Assembly (NCBI GenBank): GCA_965263035.1
Contig: OZ253580.1
Coordinates: 5,088,001-5,152,000, forward strand
Origin: Acidobacteriota bacterium
GTDB lineage: Bacteria > Acidobacteriota > UBA6911 > RPQK01 > JAJDTT01
DNA length: 64,000 nucleotides
Direction: 5' to 3'
Positions 38,913-49,211 of this stretch are shown here, in pieces (position 1 is the first letter of the stretch; each line of letters begins with the position of its first letter). The position numbers were made by a program, and so were the translations under genes. The notes under the pieces are model-generated. The model was not told where the DNA came from. It saw nothing but the letters and a program-made list of their open reading frames with translations, and searched no databases.

Positions 38913-40757
38913 ATGTATCAAGCGTTGTTAAGTCTTTACGGAATATCTACTGAGAACGTTTCGAGATTCCTGACCGGAACGATCTGCCATCTTGTGTCCG
39001 TCCTCACGCTGGGGACCTGCCTGTTCGCCGGGATCCAGCTCGAACCCGAAGCGCCTCGATGGGGTCAAGACTTTTTCGTACGGATCACTCCGGAATTCCC
39101 CCGGGGGCGCCTTTATCCAGACGATCGCGTGTTCGTCAACTTGTCGACTTGGCATCAAGATGTCCTCTCCACCGTCAACGAGAAGGCCGTTTGGGACGGA
39201 GAGGCTTTCGTCGCTCGGCTGACGTTACCTGATAACTGCGAATGGGCCTCAATCAGGATCCGGACACCGGAAAGGTTTTTTCGTGGCATGGGTTTTGCGC
39301 CTCGAACGGATGCCGGTGAAATGCTGCCCGGAACCCGGGTCATGGCGTCATGCAGACTGCGTACGGACCTCTCGGCGTGTAACGAGGCCATCGACCGTGC
39401 ACTCACTGAGAACCCGGATCTGTGGTGGATCTACCCGAAGGTCTGGGGGCTGAGAGAAAGGATCTTGAAGAATCTCGACAGCAATGAAGTCATTTCGCAG
39501 CTCCGCAGGATGGAGTCGCACCAGAAGAGGCCATCACTGCTTCGGACCCTGGCTGTCGGTTATTGGCTCGCAAAGCGGTCCGACCGCGCGTTTGAGAGTT
39601 TGACCGAACTCTGCACTCGGTTTCCTGGGTCGAGATACTCCGTCCAAGCGCTGAACGAAGCCATTTACTGGATTTCGACTCAGGGTTTGGACCCATTGAG
39701 CGCTCCGTTGGAGAAACTGCAGGCGAAGGTCGTAGACGAGGCGCCGACGAATCCACGTCTGTGGAAGGACAGGAGATCCGTCCTCTGGCTCCGGAGTAAT
39801 TCAAGAGTGAGCCTGGACGCCATGCGCAGCTTGTTCGAAGCCTGGGTCGAAGAGGACCCGGTCGATCCCCATCCGTATTTGCTGCTGGCGAACGCTCTGT
39901 CCAGGGAGGGGACCTCGGACGAAGAAGCCGGTCGACTCATCGACCGGTCCCTTGATCTCTATTACACGCCGCGAGCCTTTGTTGCCGACAAGCACCTGCG
40001 GGATCTGGCCTACAGGGTTCGTGCCCGGCTTCGGCTCCGGAACGGGGATGCCGAAGGGGCACTGGCCGACATCGAGATGGCTCGAGCAGACGGACAAGGC
40101 CGATCGGCGGAGACCCTCGAAATCGAGGCGGCAATCTGGAAAAGCATTGGCCATCTCCGTCGGGCCGAAGAGATCCTCGTGGACGCCTACCGAATGGGAT
40201 CCGCGACGGCCGAGGAGCTGTTGAAGAACGCCTACGTGGCCCGCACGGGCGACAAACACGGTTTTAAAGATTACGTCATGACGCGGTTGACCCGGAACAT
40301 GCCGGAACCGGAATCCGCTCCGGAGATCGAAGGGACGACCCTGGACGGCATCGCACTGACTTCCAAATCACTGAAGGGGAAGCCAGTGGTCGTAAATTTC
40401 TGGTTCACCAGTTGCGGCCCCTGTATCAAGGAAATCCCCGAGCTGAACGACTTGGCGGACGAGTTTGCGGGGAAGGCCAGATTCCTGGCCTTCGCCACGG
40501 ATGACCAGGAACCGATCAAGGAGTTCCTGAAGGGCCGGGAGTTCCGGTACGAGATCGTTCCATCCTCCAGCCGCCTGGCACGGGCGTTCGGAGTAGAGGC
40601 CTACCCGAGCCACTACATCATCGACGGCGAAGGCAACATCGTCTGGAGCGCCCTTGGAGCCGCCCCGAAAACCGTCGAGATCCTGGGAGACATTCTACAG
40701 AGACTGTTTAGGGGAAAGCCGATTCCGGTGAAAGGTCCCAGACAACGGCGAGGGTAG
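38913..40757 (+). CDS. TPR-containing TlpA-family thiol-disulfide oxidoreductase
   Basis: C-terminal VVNFWFTSCGPCIKEIP and YPSH; helical repeats; start uncertain. Confidence 0.75.
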   Translation: MYQALLSLYGISTENVSRFLTGTICHLVSVLTLGTCLFAGIQLEPEAPRWGQDFFVRITPEFPRGRLYPDDRVFVNLSTWHQDVLSTVNEKAVWDGEAFVARLTLPDNCEWASIRIRTPERFFRGMGFAPRTDAGEMLPGTRVMASCRLRTDLSACNEAIDRALTENPDLWWIYPKVWGLRERILKNLDSNEVISQLRRMESHQKRPSLLRTLAVGYWLAKRSDRAFESLTELCTRFPGSRYSVQALNEAIYWISTQGLDPLSAPLEKLQAKVVDEAPTNPRLWKDRRSVLWLRSNSRVSLDAMRSLFEAWVEEDPVDPHPYLLLANALSREGTSDEEAGRLIDRSLDLYYTPRAFVADKHLRDLAYRVRARLRLRNGDAEGALADIEMARADGQGRSAETLEIEAAIWKSIGHLRRAEEILVDAYRMGSATAEELLKNAYVARTGDKHGFKDYVMTRLTRNMPEPESAPEIEGTTLDGIALTSKSLKGKPVVVNFWFTSCGPCIKEIPELNDLADEFAGKARFLAFATDDQEPIKEFLKGREFRYEIVPSSSRLARAFGVEAYPSHYIIDGEGNIVWSALGAAPKTVEILGDILQRLFRGKPIPVKGPRQRRG

Positions 40758-40910
40758 TCCGTCGGCGCCACCGCAGTATCGAAGCAGAGGGTTTCGAAGA
40801 GCGGATATCTGGGCAGCGATCCAGCTATAGATTCCCCAGGGCATTCCCGAAGTGATTTCCAGAATTATTTTTTTGTTGAACTAAGGTAACTAACGTACTA
40901 ATCTATACGT

Positions 40911-41282
40911 ATGTCGAAATCCTTAAGTCGACAGGAACTGGAAATCATGAAACTGATCTGGCGTCTGGGCAGGGACGAGATCACCGTCCGCGACGTCTAT
41001 GAGGAACTGCGCCTGCGGCGCCGGATCGCGTACACGTCGGTCATGGGCACGATGCAGAACCTGGATCGAAAGGGATTCCTCCGGAAGTGGAAAGAGGGCC
41101 GGGCTCACATCTACCAGCCCACTCGTCCCCGGGAAGAGATCATCCGGGAGGTGGTGGCGGATCTGGTAGAGCGGGTATTCGGCGGGTCCAGCGAGGCGCT
41201 GATGCTGCATCTGGTCCAACGCCACGACATTTCCAGGGACAAGCTCCGGGAACTGGAAGAGATGATCGAGGAGGAGGAATGA
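40911..41282 (+). CDS. BlaI/MecI/CopY-family repressor
   Basis: LSRQELEIMKLIW, AYTSV, GRAHIY, FGGS. Confidence 0.9.
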   Translation: MSKSLSRQELEIMKLIWRLGRDEITVRDVYEELRLRRRIAYTSVMGTMQNLDRKGFLRKWKEGRAHIYQPTRPREEIIREVVADLVERVFGGSSEALMLHLVQRHDISRDKLRELEEMIEEEE

Positions 41283-42949
41283 GCCTGGAAATCTGGCTCT
41301 CCAATCTCTGGTTCTACAGCCTCCAGACCGGAATCCTGATTCTGGTGGGTGGGCTCCTCGCCTGGATCTTTCGTCTCCGCGAACCCGGCGGCATCCACCT
41401 CTACTGGCGTCTCCTGCTGGCGGGGTGCCTGATGCTGGCGTTTCAGCCTGGGGTGCCGGAATCCTTGCCTGATCCTGCGATCGCGCTTACGCTCGGAGAA
41501 TCTGTGTTTCCCGTCTCTCCGGTGGGGAACGTACAGGCCCGCCCCGTCGCCAATATGTATCCGTGGCTGGGGGGATTGCTGATTTCTGGCATCCTTCTCC
41601 GCCTGGTCTGGCTGGGAATCGGTTTCCGCCGGCTTCACCGCTTGAAGCTAAGAACCCGGCATCTGCCCCTTCCGAGGCATCTGCGGATGATGAAGGAGAG
41701 GTTGGACGTCTCCGCGAGGTTTCGTGTTTCCTCCGAGGTGAGCGGTCCCATCACCTTCGGCATTCTGCAACCCGTTGTCGTCTTTCCTGAGGCGTTTACG
41801 GAATTGGACGAGAGCATGCAGAGTGCTGTTGCCTGCCATGAGCTTTTGCACGTGAAAAGAAGGGATTGGGTATGGAACACCTTGGACGAATTGGTGCGGA
41901 CTTTCTTTTGGTTCCACCCCGGCTTCCATTGGCTCGTCGGCCGCATTCAGCTAACCCGAGAACAGGTAGTGGACGAGCAGGCCGTGACCCTGTTGGGTTC
42001 CAGGCAGATCTATCTTCGATCCCTGGTAGAGATCGCGAAACGGCGTAACAGCACCGCTTTGCCGGCTCCACTGTTTCTCAAGGAATCGCAGCTAAGTCGC
42101 CGCGTGCAGCTTCTGCTCAGACTCCGGGAGGTGAGAATGTCCAAGGCGAGAAAGAATATATCTATGGCCGTCGGTCTTGCATTGCTGGCTGTGATCGGAT
42201 GGTGGAGCTTGTCTGCATTGCCTTTGACGGCCGCTCAGTCGACCCGACTTCCAGAGTCGGAACCTGCGGTTCAGGAGCCGATTCTTGTGGGCAGTAACGT
42301 GATGAAAAGGAAACTGATCCACCGGGTTGATCCCGAGTACCTGTCTCACCTGACTATCGCTCGACCATCGGGTCTCGTCATATTATCCGTCGTGGTCGGC
42401 AAGCAAGGAGAAGTTCAGCAGGTCGAGGTTGTACAGCCCGATAAAGACAAACCTGCCATGGACTCCGCGGCGATGGACGCAGTTAGACAGTGGCGCTATG
42501 AACCGTATTTGTTAGATGGTCAGCCGATTCGTGTCAGGACCACGGTCTTCCTTCGCTTCCCTCCATCCGGAATCTTTCCTCAAATTTTCAAGGTCAAGAA
42601 AGAGATCTGGCGCGAGACTGAATCGGCGCTCAAGAACACTGAAAGAGTGCTAAGGAACACTGAATACCTAATGAATGGGATAGCTCAGGTTTTCCCCCAT
42701 GCCATGGGTGAGAAGGAGGAGATCCGGGGCGAGTTTGAAAGGGTGCGGAAGAAATTTGAGCGTGTCGCGAGCGAGATGGCTAGGATCGATCTTCAGATGT
42801 TGTTGGACAAGAGGAAAGTGGTTCTAGGGGAGATGGCGAGGGCACGGAAGGTCATGGATGGGGTTCGGAGGGAAATAGAGCGCGTCACAAGTGAGATGAC
42901 AGGGCTTGCCTTGGAAACCCGGGAATCGGGAAATAGTTCCGGACCCTAG
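41279..42949 (+). CDS. BlaR1-like M56 peptidase fused to a TonB C-terminal domain
   Basis: HELLHVKRRD, FWFHP, RVDPEY..G.V..AVRQWRYEP. Confidence 0.88.
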   Translation: MSLEIWLSNLWFYSLQTGILILVGGLLAWIFRLREPGGIHLYWRLLLAGCLMLAFQPGVPESLPDPAIALTLGESVFPVSPVGNVQARPVANMYPWLGGLLISGILLRLVWLGIGFRRLHRLKLRTRHLPLPRHLRMMKERLDVSARFRVSSEVSGPITFGILQPVVVFPEAFTELDESMQSAVACHELLHVKRRDWVWNTLDELVRTFFWFHPGFHWLVGRIQLTREQVVDEQAVTLLGSRQIYLRSLVEIAKRRNSTALPAPLFLKESQLSRRVQLLLRLREVRMSKARKNISMAVGLALLAVIGWWSLSALPLTAAQSTRLPESEPAVQEPILVGSNVMKRKLIHRVDPEYLSHLTIARPSGLVILSVVVGKQGEVQQVEVVQPDKDKPAMDSAAMDAVRQWRYEPYLLDGQPIRVRTTVFLRFPPSGIFPQIFKVKKEIWRETESALKNTERVLRNTEYLMNGIAQVFPHAMGEKEEIRGEFERVRKKFERVASEMARIDLQMLLDKRKVVLGEMARARKVMDGVRREIERVTSEMTGLALETRESGNSSGP

Positions 42950-43014
42950 CGATCCTTGAAAAGAATTCTTTGGTTAGTCCCCGCTGTCAATCGGACAACC
43001 GGTCGATGCGTTAC

Positions 43015-43563
43015 TTATCCCTCGTAATCGCTGCTGTAGGTGACCTGGAGGGCGTTGTTGAACAGGTTCAGAAGCTGAATGAGCCCGATCAGAAACGTCA
43101 GCTCCACGATCTCCTCGTCCGAGAACTCTTGTCGGAGCCGATCGAAAAAGGCCTCCTCGATACCCTTGGCGTCCCGGATCGCCCGGGCAGTGTAATCCAC
43201 CGCCAACGCTTCTCTGCGGGTCAGATGTTCCGGCGCTTCGAGATCCTCGATCTTAGGATCCGGAATGCCGATCATCCGCATGATGGCCCGGTGGGAGTGG
43301 ATACAGAACTGGCATTCGTTGAGAAGCGAGGCTTTCAGGATCACCTTTTCCTTCAGAGCCCGCTCCAGAATCCCGCCGGGGTAGACGCCTTCTCCGGTGG
43401 CTCCGAAGGCCTTCAGAATCTCCGGCCGCAACGACATGGCCTGAAGCATTTCGACCGGCAGTCCACCAGCCTCGGCGAGAGCCCGGCTCTCTTGGAACGC
43501 GGATGAACCTCTCAATTCCCGAAAGACGCGCTTGACTTGATCGGGATCGACAGTGACTCGCAT
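43015..43563 (-). CDS. AhpD/carboxymuconolactone decarboxylase-family protein
   Basis: SLLNECQFCIHSH, FSDEEIVEL. Confidence 0.85.
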   Translation of the reverse strand: MRVTVDPDQVKRVFRELRGSSAFQESRALAEAGGLPVEMLQAMSLRPEILKAFGATGEGVYPGGILERALKEKVILKASLLNECQFCIHSHRAIMRMIGIPDPKIEDLEAPEHLTRREALAVDYTARAIRDAKGIEEAFFDRLRQEFSDEEIVELTFLIGLIQLLNLFNNALQVTYSSDYEG

Positions 43564-43694
43564 ACGACGCCTCCGGTTGAAAGGTTCCTGCCCGGGGACC
43601 GAAACACTGGAATTCTCTCAGGTTCGGATTTAGCATTCATACAGGGCGACGGTACAGTCCTTTTTCCGGTCCACACAGCCGAGGAGGTGAACAG

Positions 43695-44993
43695 ATGTCC
43701 GCTTCGAATCGTCGAGCTTTCTTGAAGGAATCGGGTCTCGGTCTGACGGCGGCCGCCGTCGGGTTGACTCCCGCGGTGGGCAGCGTTCTGGGAGCCAACG
43801 ATCGCCTCCACGTGGGGGTCATCGGCTGCGGCGGCCGGGGGCGGCGGCTGGGCGAGAACTTCGCCGCCCTGGAGGGCTGCCGGGTGACCCACGTCTGCGA
43901 CCCGGACTCCCAGCGCGTGGCGCAGGCCATCGAGCAGACCGGCGCGACTCACGGGGTCGCAGACCTCCGCTACATCCTGGACGATCCGGAGGTGGATGCG
44001 GTGGTCATCGCCACCTGCGATCATTGGCACGCTCCGGCAGCCATCCTAGCCTGCCAGGCCGGCAAGCACGTCTACGTGGAGAAGCCCTGCTCCCACAACG
44101 TCCGGGAGGGACGCCAGATGATCGAGGCCGCCCGCCGTCACGGCCGGGTGATGCAACATGGCACCCAGAGCCGGTCCAGCTCCGGCGTGATCCGAGCCAT
44201 CGGGATGCTCCGGGAAGGAGTGATCGGCGAAGTCCTGGTGGCCAAGCACGTGAACAGCCAGAAACGGCGCAATATCGGGCACGAAAAGCCGTCCCGTCCG
44301 CCTGAGCACCTGGACTACGATCTCTGGGTCGGCCCCGCTGAATGGGCCGAGTACCAGGCCAACTACGTCCACTACCACTGGCACTGGTTCTACAATTTCG
44401 GCACCGGGGACATCGGTAACGACGGCGTCCATGGCATCGACCTCGCCCGCTGGGGGCTCGGCGTTGAGACCCACCCCGGTCTGGTGACCGGCTACGGGTC
44501 CAAGCTCTTCTTCGACGACGATCAGGAATTCCCCGACACCTACACGGTGACGTTCGTCTATCCCGGGGGCGCCGGCGACTCGCGGGAGCGCCTGCTGGTC
44601 TACGAGCAGCGTATCTGGTCGCCCTATCGAAACGACGCTCAGGACAACAGCCTCTACTTCTACGGCACCGAGGGGATGATGACGCTGGGAGGGCAGGGAA
44701 TCCGGATCTACGGCAAGAAGAACGAGCTGATCCGCCAGGAGGAACGGTATGAGCTCACCAGGGGAGTTCACCAGAAGGACTTCCTGGACGCCATTCGATC
44801 CGGTGGACGCCCAGTGGCGGATATCGAGGTCGGCCACCTCTCCTCCACTCTCCCCCATCTGGGGAACATCGTGGCCCGGACGAATCGAAGCGTCCGCTTC
44901 GACGCGGATCGGGAGCGGATCGTGGGAGACGACGAGGCCAACGCGCTGCTGGCCCGCCGCTACCGGCCCGGCCACTGGGCCGTGCCGAGCTGA
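43695..44993 (+). CDS. Gfo/Idh/MocA oxidoreductase (Tat signal)
   Basis: RRAFL, IGCGGRG, DHWH, VYVEKP. Confidence 0.9.
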   Translation: MSASNRRAFLKESGLGLTAAAVGLTPAVGSVLGANDRLHVGVIGCGGRGRRLGENFAALEGCRVTHVCDPDSQRVAQAIEQTGATHGVADLRYILDDPEVDAVVIATCDHWHAPAAILACQAGKHVYVEKPCSHNVREGRQMIEAARRHGRVMQHGTQSRSSSGVIRAIGMLREGVIGEVLVAKHVNSQKRRNIGHEKPSRPPEHLDYDLWVGPAEWAEYQANYVHYHWHWFYNFGTGDIGNDGVHGIDLARWGLGVETHPGLVTGYGSKLFFDDDQEFPDTYTVTFVYPGGAGDSRERLLVYEQRIWSPYRNDAQDNSLYFYGTEGMMTLGGQGIRIYGKKNELIRQEERYELTRGVHQKDFLDAIRSGGRPVADIEVGHLSSTLPHLGNIVARTNRSVRFDADRERIVGDDEANALLARRYRPGHWAVPS

Positions 44994-45003
44994 GGCGCAA
45001 TGA

Positions 45004-45339
45004 TCAGGCCTTCAGCGAGACCGTGGCTATAAGCTGACACTCGGCCCCGGCTGGAAGTTCCGCTCGGAGCCGCAGGTAGGTGCCGAAGTGGAGAACCCGG
45101 CAGAAGGTCAACTCGCCCACCCGGCCGGGCAGGGCGAGGGTAGTGCCCTCATCGACCCAATGCACACCGTCGGGCGAGATCTGGACCGCGGCGCGAGCGT
45201 CGTCGACTTCTCCCTGCACTCGTAGGGCTCGAAGAAAGAAGATGACTTCCGAGGCCCAGGCGGCTTCGTAGGGCTCGGTCGCGACCTCGTTCTGCCAGTC
45301 TTCGCCCAGCGAGAGAATTGCCGTGTGACTCTCTCGCAA
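45004..45339 (-). CDS. DUF6385-like small protein
   Basis: TEPYEAAWASE, QISPDGVHWVDEG, HFG.YLRL; TTG start inferred. Confidence 0.65.
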   Translation of the reverse strand: MRESHTAILSLGEDWQNEVATEPYEAAWASEVIFFLRALRVQGEVDDARAAVQISPDGVHWVDEGTTLALPGRVGELTFCRVLHFGTYLRLRAELPAGAECQLIATVSLKA

Positions 45340-45341
45340 CC

Positions 45342-46235
45342 TCAATCCCAGTCTCCCGACAAGATCACGGAGTCGACGTAGTAGAAGGCCCTCTTGTCCA
45401 CGTCCGTCTCGACGAAGAAGGCGACATTGAGCATGTTCCTCAGATTGGGCATGGCGGGAATGACGATGGGGTCGATGCCGTCCATGTCGTAAGCCATGCC
45501 GTTGCAGCGGAAATGCGTGTAGCGCATGCTCCGCAAGTCGAACCCCACCTTGACATAGTGCCAGTTCACCTTGGTCGGAATCTCGTTGTAGCACAGCTCC
45601 TGACCGCGGTCCGAGAGGGGGCGCCAGTCCCGGTCGGCCAGGTGATGATGCGTGACCGTCTTCTCACCCACGCGGACGAAATCGACGGTCTGCTTCTTGT
45701 ACTGCCAGCGTTGCACCCTCCGGCCGTCCCTGGCGTTGAGGTATCTCAGGTGCGGCATCACGCGATGGGTATCGTCCTGGAGGTCGAACAGGACGCCTAC
45801 GGAGCGAACGTCCAGGTCCGAGAGCCGGAGCTCGGAGGCCTCGGGCTTGAAGGTGAAGAAGAACTCCAACTGGATGGGACAGGGTCTGGAGAAGGTCACC
45901 CGTTTGATGGCGACTCCCTGGGCGCCGCTCTGAGGACGAGTGGCCATCTTCAGTGCGTAGCTGCCGCTCATGGCCCCATGGGTTCCCCCGTCCCAGTGGG
46001 TCAGGTTGCTCAGCATCGGCTGGGTCAGGGACCTGTAGCCGGGATGCATGCGGTCGAGGCTTCCCTCGTAATTGCCGATCAGCGCCGTCCAACCATTCAT
46101 TCCCTGGTTGAAATCGTCGTAATAAAAGATCCGCGGCAGCGGATCGAAGCGGCTCAGAGAGGGGTGGGAACGAAAGGGGAGACTATGCGGTGACCCCATC
46201 CAACATCCCTGCGCCCGAGAAAACGGGCGGCTCAT
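45342..46235 (-). CDS. DUF6772-like protein
   Basis: DDFNQG.NGW, GTHGAMSGSYALK.AT, YNEIPTKVNWHY. Confidence 0.65.
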   Translation of the reverse strand: MSRPFSRAQGCWMGSPHSLPFRSHPSLSRFDPLPRIFYYDDFNQGMNGWTALIGNYEGSLDRMHPGYRSLTQPMLSNLTHWDGGTHGAMSGSYALKMATRPQSGAQGVAIKRVTFSRPCPIQLEFFFTFKPEASELRLSDLDVRSVGVLFDLQDDTHRVMPHLRYLNARDGRRVQRWQYKKQTVDFVRVGEKTVTHHHLADRDWRPLSDRGQELCYNEIPTKVNWHYVKVGFDLRSMRYTHFRCNGMAYDMDGIDPIVIPAMPNLRNMLNVAFFVETDVDKRAFYYVDSVILSGDWD

Positions 46236-46449
46236 GACTTGCGATCATCCCGCGGGGCTACTTCCTGATGCCGCGAAGTATACGCGCCTCGTATGACCGG
46301 AAGACCCAGTCACGTAAGTCACCTGTCAATGGCCACTGAGAATTGCACACATCGCAGGAGGCCGAGACGTTGACTCCAGACATCTCTGAGTTCAGGGTGG
46401 TGAAGCGCGAGCCGAGGCTCGTCGGACGGAGTTTCGGGAGGGACGATGC

Positions 46450-47193
46450 ATGGACTACGAAGCGATTGCGCTTGAATACCACGAGAACGGATTCGGGGTC
46501 GTGCCCGGGTTCTTCTCATCCGAGGAACTGGCTGTAGTGGACCGGAAACTCCGCCTCTTTCTGCAGGAATCCCTTTCCGATCTGGAAGCCGGCGAAGCCT
46601 ACTTTGAGGATGGCGACGATGGTGCGGTGCGGTGCGTTTTCAGGATCAACCAACGCTCCGACTTTTTTGCAAGCCTGATGTGGGATCCTCGTCTGATTGC
46701 GCTCGTCGAGGCGCTCTATCCCGGCTTGGCGGCGGAGGCGGACGGCGTGATGCTGATCGACAAGGCCCCCTACGCCACCTACCAGTTCCCCTATCATCAG
46801 GACAATGCCTACCAGTTCTGGAACCCGGCGGAGGCCGTCGCCGTCACCTTGGCCCTGGACGAGGCCAATGACCGGAACGGGTCCATCGTCTGCCTGAAGG
46901 GCTCGCACAACGCTCCCATCCTGCCGCACCGGGCTTCGGGAGTCACCGGCGCCAGCCTGGGCCTGATGGAGAAGCCGGACCTCGGCCGCCACCCTGAGGT
47001 GTCACTCGACCTGAAGCCCGGGGATCTTTCGCTCCACCACGTCAACGTGATCCATCGTACCGGACCGAATCGCACTGCCGATCACAGGCGCAACCTCGGC
47101 TTCGCCTACCACTCTTCCCGGGCCCGGCGGGACCGGGAGGCCCACGCCCGCTACCAGGAACATCTGGGCCGGATCAACACCTCGATCGGGTAG
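46450..47193 (+). CDS. Phytanoyl-CoA dioxygenase-family Fe/2OG enzyme
   Basis: YHQDNAY, ALDEA..NG, GD..LHH..IH..GPN..R. Confidence 0.88.
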   Translation: MDYEAIALEYHENGFGVVPGFFSSEELAVVDRKLRLFLQESLSDLEAGEAYFEDGDDGAVRCVFRINQRSDFFASLMWDPRLIALVEALYPGLAAEADGVMLIDKAPYATYQFPYHQDNAYQFWNPAEAVAVTLALDEANDRNGSIVCLKGSHNAPILPHRASGVTGASLGLMEKPDLGRHPEVSLDLKPGDLSLHHVNVIHRTGPNRTADHRRNLGFAYHSSRARRDREAHARYQEHLGRINTSIG

Positions 47194-47291
47194 GCGAACT
47201 GAACAGTCGATGCTATCGGCGTGAGAGCCGATCGGGGCGTGGGCGACTGGCAGATCGCCCCTCCGGGTCGCCTTGATCGGCTTCGGACGCT

Positions 47292-48434
47292 GTGCCATTC
47301 TCGCGGCGAGTGACACAGACCTCGCCCAACACCACCTCATCGCCCCGAAACATCACCAGGAAACGCCTGACGCGGGATCTCATTCGACTTGGGGTCCGCC
47401 GGGGGGACTGCGTCATGCTTCACAGCTCCCTGAGCAGCCTGGGGTGGGTTGACGGGGGTGCGGCGACGGTGGTGGAGGCGTTCCTGGACGCCATGGGACC
47501 GGAGGGGACGTTGCTGACGCCGGCCTTTACGGGAGGAGCCTGGACCGAGTACATGGCCCTTCCGGACTGCCGCGACGTCTGCCCCCAGCCCTTCTGTCCC
47601 AGCCAGTGGGCCAGCCGGGAGGGAGCGATCCCGAACGCCGCCCTGCAGCGCCCCGGTCGTCTCCGAGGGTGCCATCCCACCCACTCCTGGATCGCCAACG
47701 GGGCGCGGCGCCAGGAGGCGCTACGCGGTCAACGGGACTGTCCGACTCCCTGCGGCCGAGGGAATCCGTTCGAGAAGGTGGTGGAGTGGGACGGCTGCAT
47801 CGTCATCCTGGGAGTCGGCGTCGACACCATCACGCTCTGGCACTATTACGAGGATCTCTTGGATGTGGACTATCTGGGCTACTACCATCCGGAGGCGCGG
47901 CATCTCTCCTACTGCGCCACCGGAAAGCGGATTCAATACGACTTCCCCGGGATCATGCAGGACGTGGTCCGAGCCTCCACGATCATGACTGTGGGAAAGG
48001 TCGGGAGAAGCGAGTCGGGGTTGATCCGGGCTCGCGTCTTCCGCCGGTTCATGGCCACCATCATGGCCGACGATCCCGATTGTTTCGTGTTGAGACCGGC
48101 GGATGCGGCAAACGGGGACTTGGCCGCCGACGCATTGGCCAAGGGATCCGCCATGCTCCGGGCCTGGCGCCGGGGTCCCGTTGAATTGCCCGTGCGGATC
48201 GACCTGCCGCAAGGCTACGACGATCTGGTCCGGGAGGACTGCCCCTCTTTTGCCGGCTACCACGAGGCGGTCGGCCGGCGATGGCCTCTCTGCTGGGCCA
48301 ACGACCGGCATCCGGAGTTGCACCACCACGGAGGAATCTTCGATCGTCTGGGAAAGACCTGCTGTGGCCGGTGTTCCTGGCACCATCGCTATCCGGAGGG
48401 ATCGGCCCGGTCGGAGAACGAAGGTCAAGGTTAG
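47292..48434 (+). CDS. AAC(3)-family N-acetyltransferase-like protein with a Cys-rich tail
   Basis: LGVRRGD.VMLHSSLSSLGWVDGGA, HPTHS, LGVG..T..HYYE. Confidence 0.75.
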   Translation: MPFSRRVTQTSPNTTSSPRNITRKRLTRDLIRLGVRRGDCVMLHSSLSSLGWVDGGAATVVEAFLDAMGPEGTLLTPAFTGGAWTEYMALPDCRDVCPQPFCPSQWASREGAIPNAALQRPGRLRGCHPTHSWIANGARRQEALRGQRDCPTPCGRGNPFEKVVEWDGCIVILGVGVDTITLWHYYEDLLDVDYLGYYHPEARHLSYCATGKRIQYDFPGIMQDVVRASTIMTVGKVGRSESGLIRARVFRRFMATIMADDPDCFVLRPADAANGDLAADALAKGSAMLRAWRRGPVELPVRIDLPQGYDDLVREDCPSFAGYHEAVGRRWPLCWANDRHPELHHHGGIFDRLGKTCCGRCSWHHRYPEGSARSENEGQG

Positions 48435-48444
48435 CCGGAACTTC

Positions 48445-49162
48445 TCACCGGGATTCGAACCGAAAGGCGAACAGGTCCGCGTCCTTCAGGACGAAGCGAA
48501 GACGCACATCTCGTCCGGCCAGCTCGCCGACGTCCGGACCCTCCGTCCAGCGGACCTCCCGCTCCAGCTCGTCCCCGAACGTGGGCGGGCAATCCTCCAG
48601 GCTGTAGCCTTCCAAGGGATTTCCCGCGGCGTCCTGGATCTCCACGCGAAGGCTCCCCGCCGCCGAAGTGGAGAAGTTCAGCAGCAGCCGATCCCCCAGG
48701 AAGCGAATGGGGCGAGTGACGATCTCCCCGCCCGACATGGGTGCCGAGACCGTCACGAACCCGTCCAACCTCAGGGTGTAACGCCGCAGGTTGAGACTCT
48801 CGCCTGTCCAGTACCCCTCGGTGGCGTAGATCGAAATCTCGTTGGGAGCTCCCTCGATGTGGCTTCGGGTCTCCACCAGACCCCAGTTCTGATTGTTGTC
48901 CCCGTAGACCCAGTTATCCACCGGTCTCAGACCAGGACGGATGAAGGCTTCCCGCCAGCGGTGGAAGTGGATCCGGTCGCGGCTTGCCATCAGGAGACCG
49001 TCGGTGAGGCCGGTTCCGTAACGGAGGCTGACGCCGGCTCGCAGCCGGCGATGCTCCAATCCCGGGAGGGCTCTCATGGAATCGGACCATCCCCGCTCAA
49101 GGTAGCGGTTGGGAAACCCCAGCAGGATGTGAGGGGCCCGGTGGTAGGGAATGATCTGGTTG
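48445..49162 (-). pseudogene. Glycoside hydrolase-like propeller gene, 3' part (split by E2)
   Basis: NQIIPYHRAPH..SRD..FIRPG..LRLDGFV; continues from 61381-62212. Confidence 0.88.
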
Positions 49163-49211
49163 TTATGCACATGTTCCCGTCATATGAATCTGTTACTATA
49201 TGGAGGAACAC

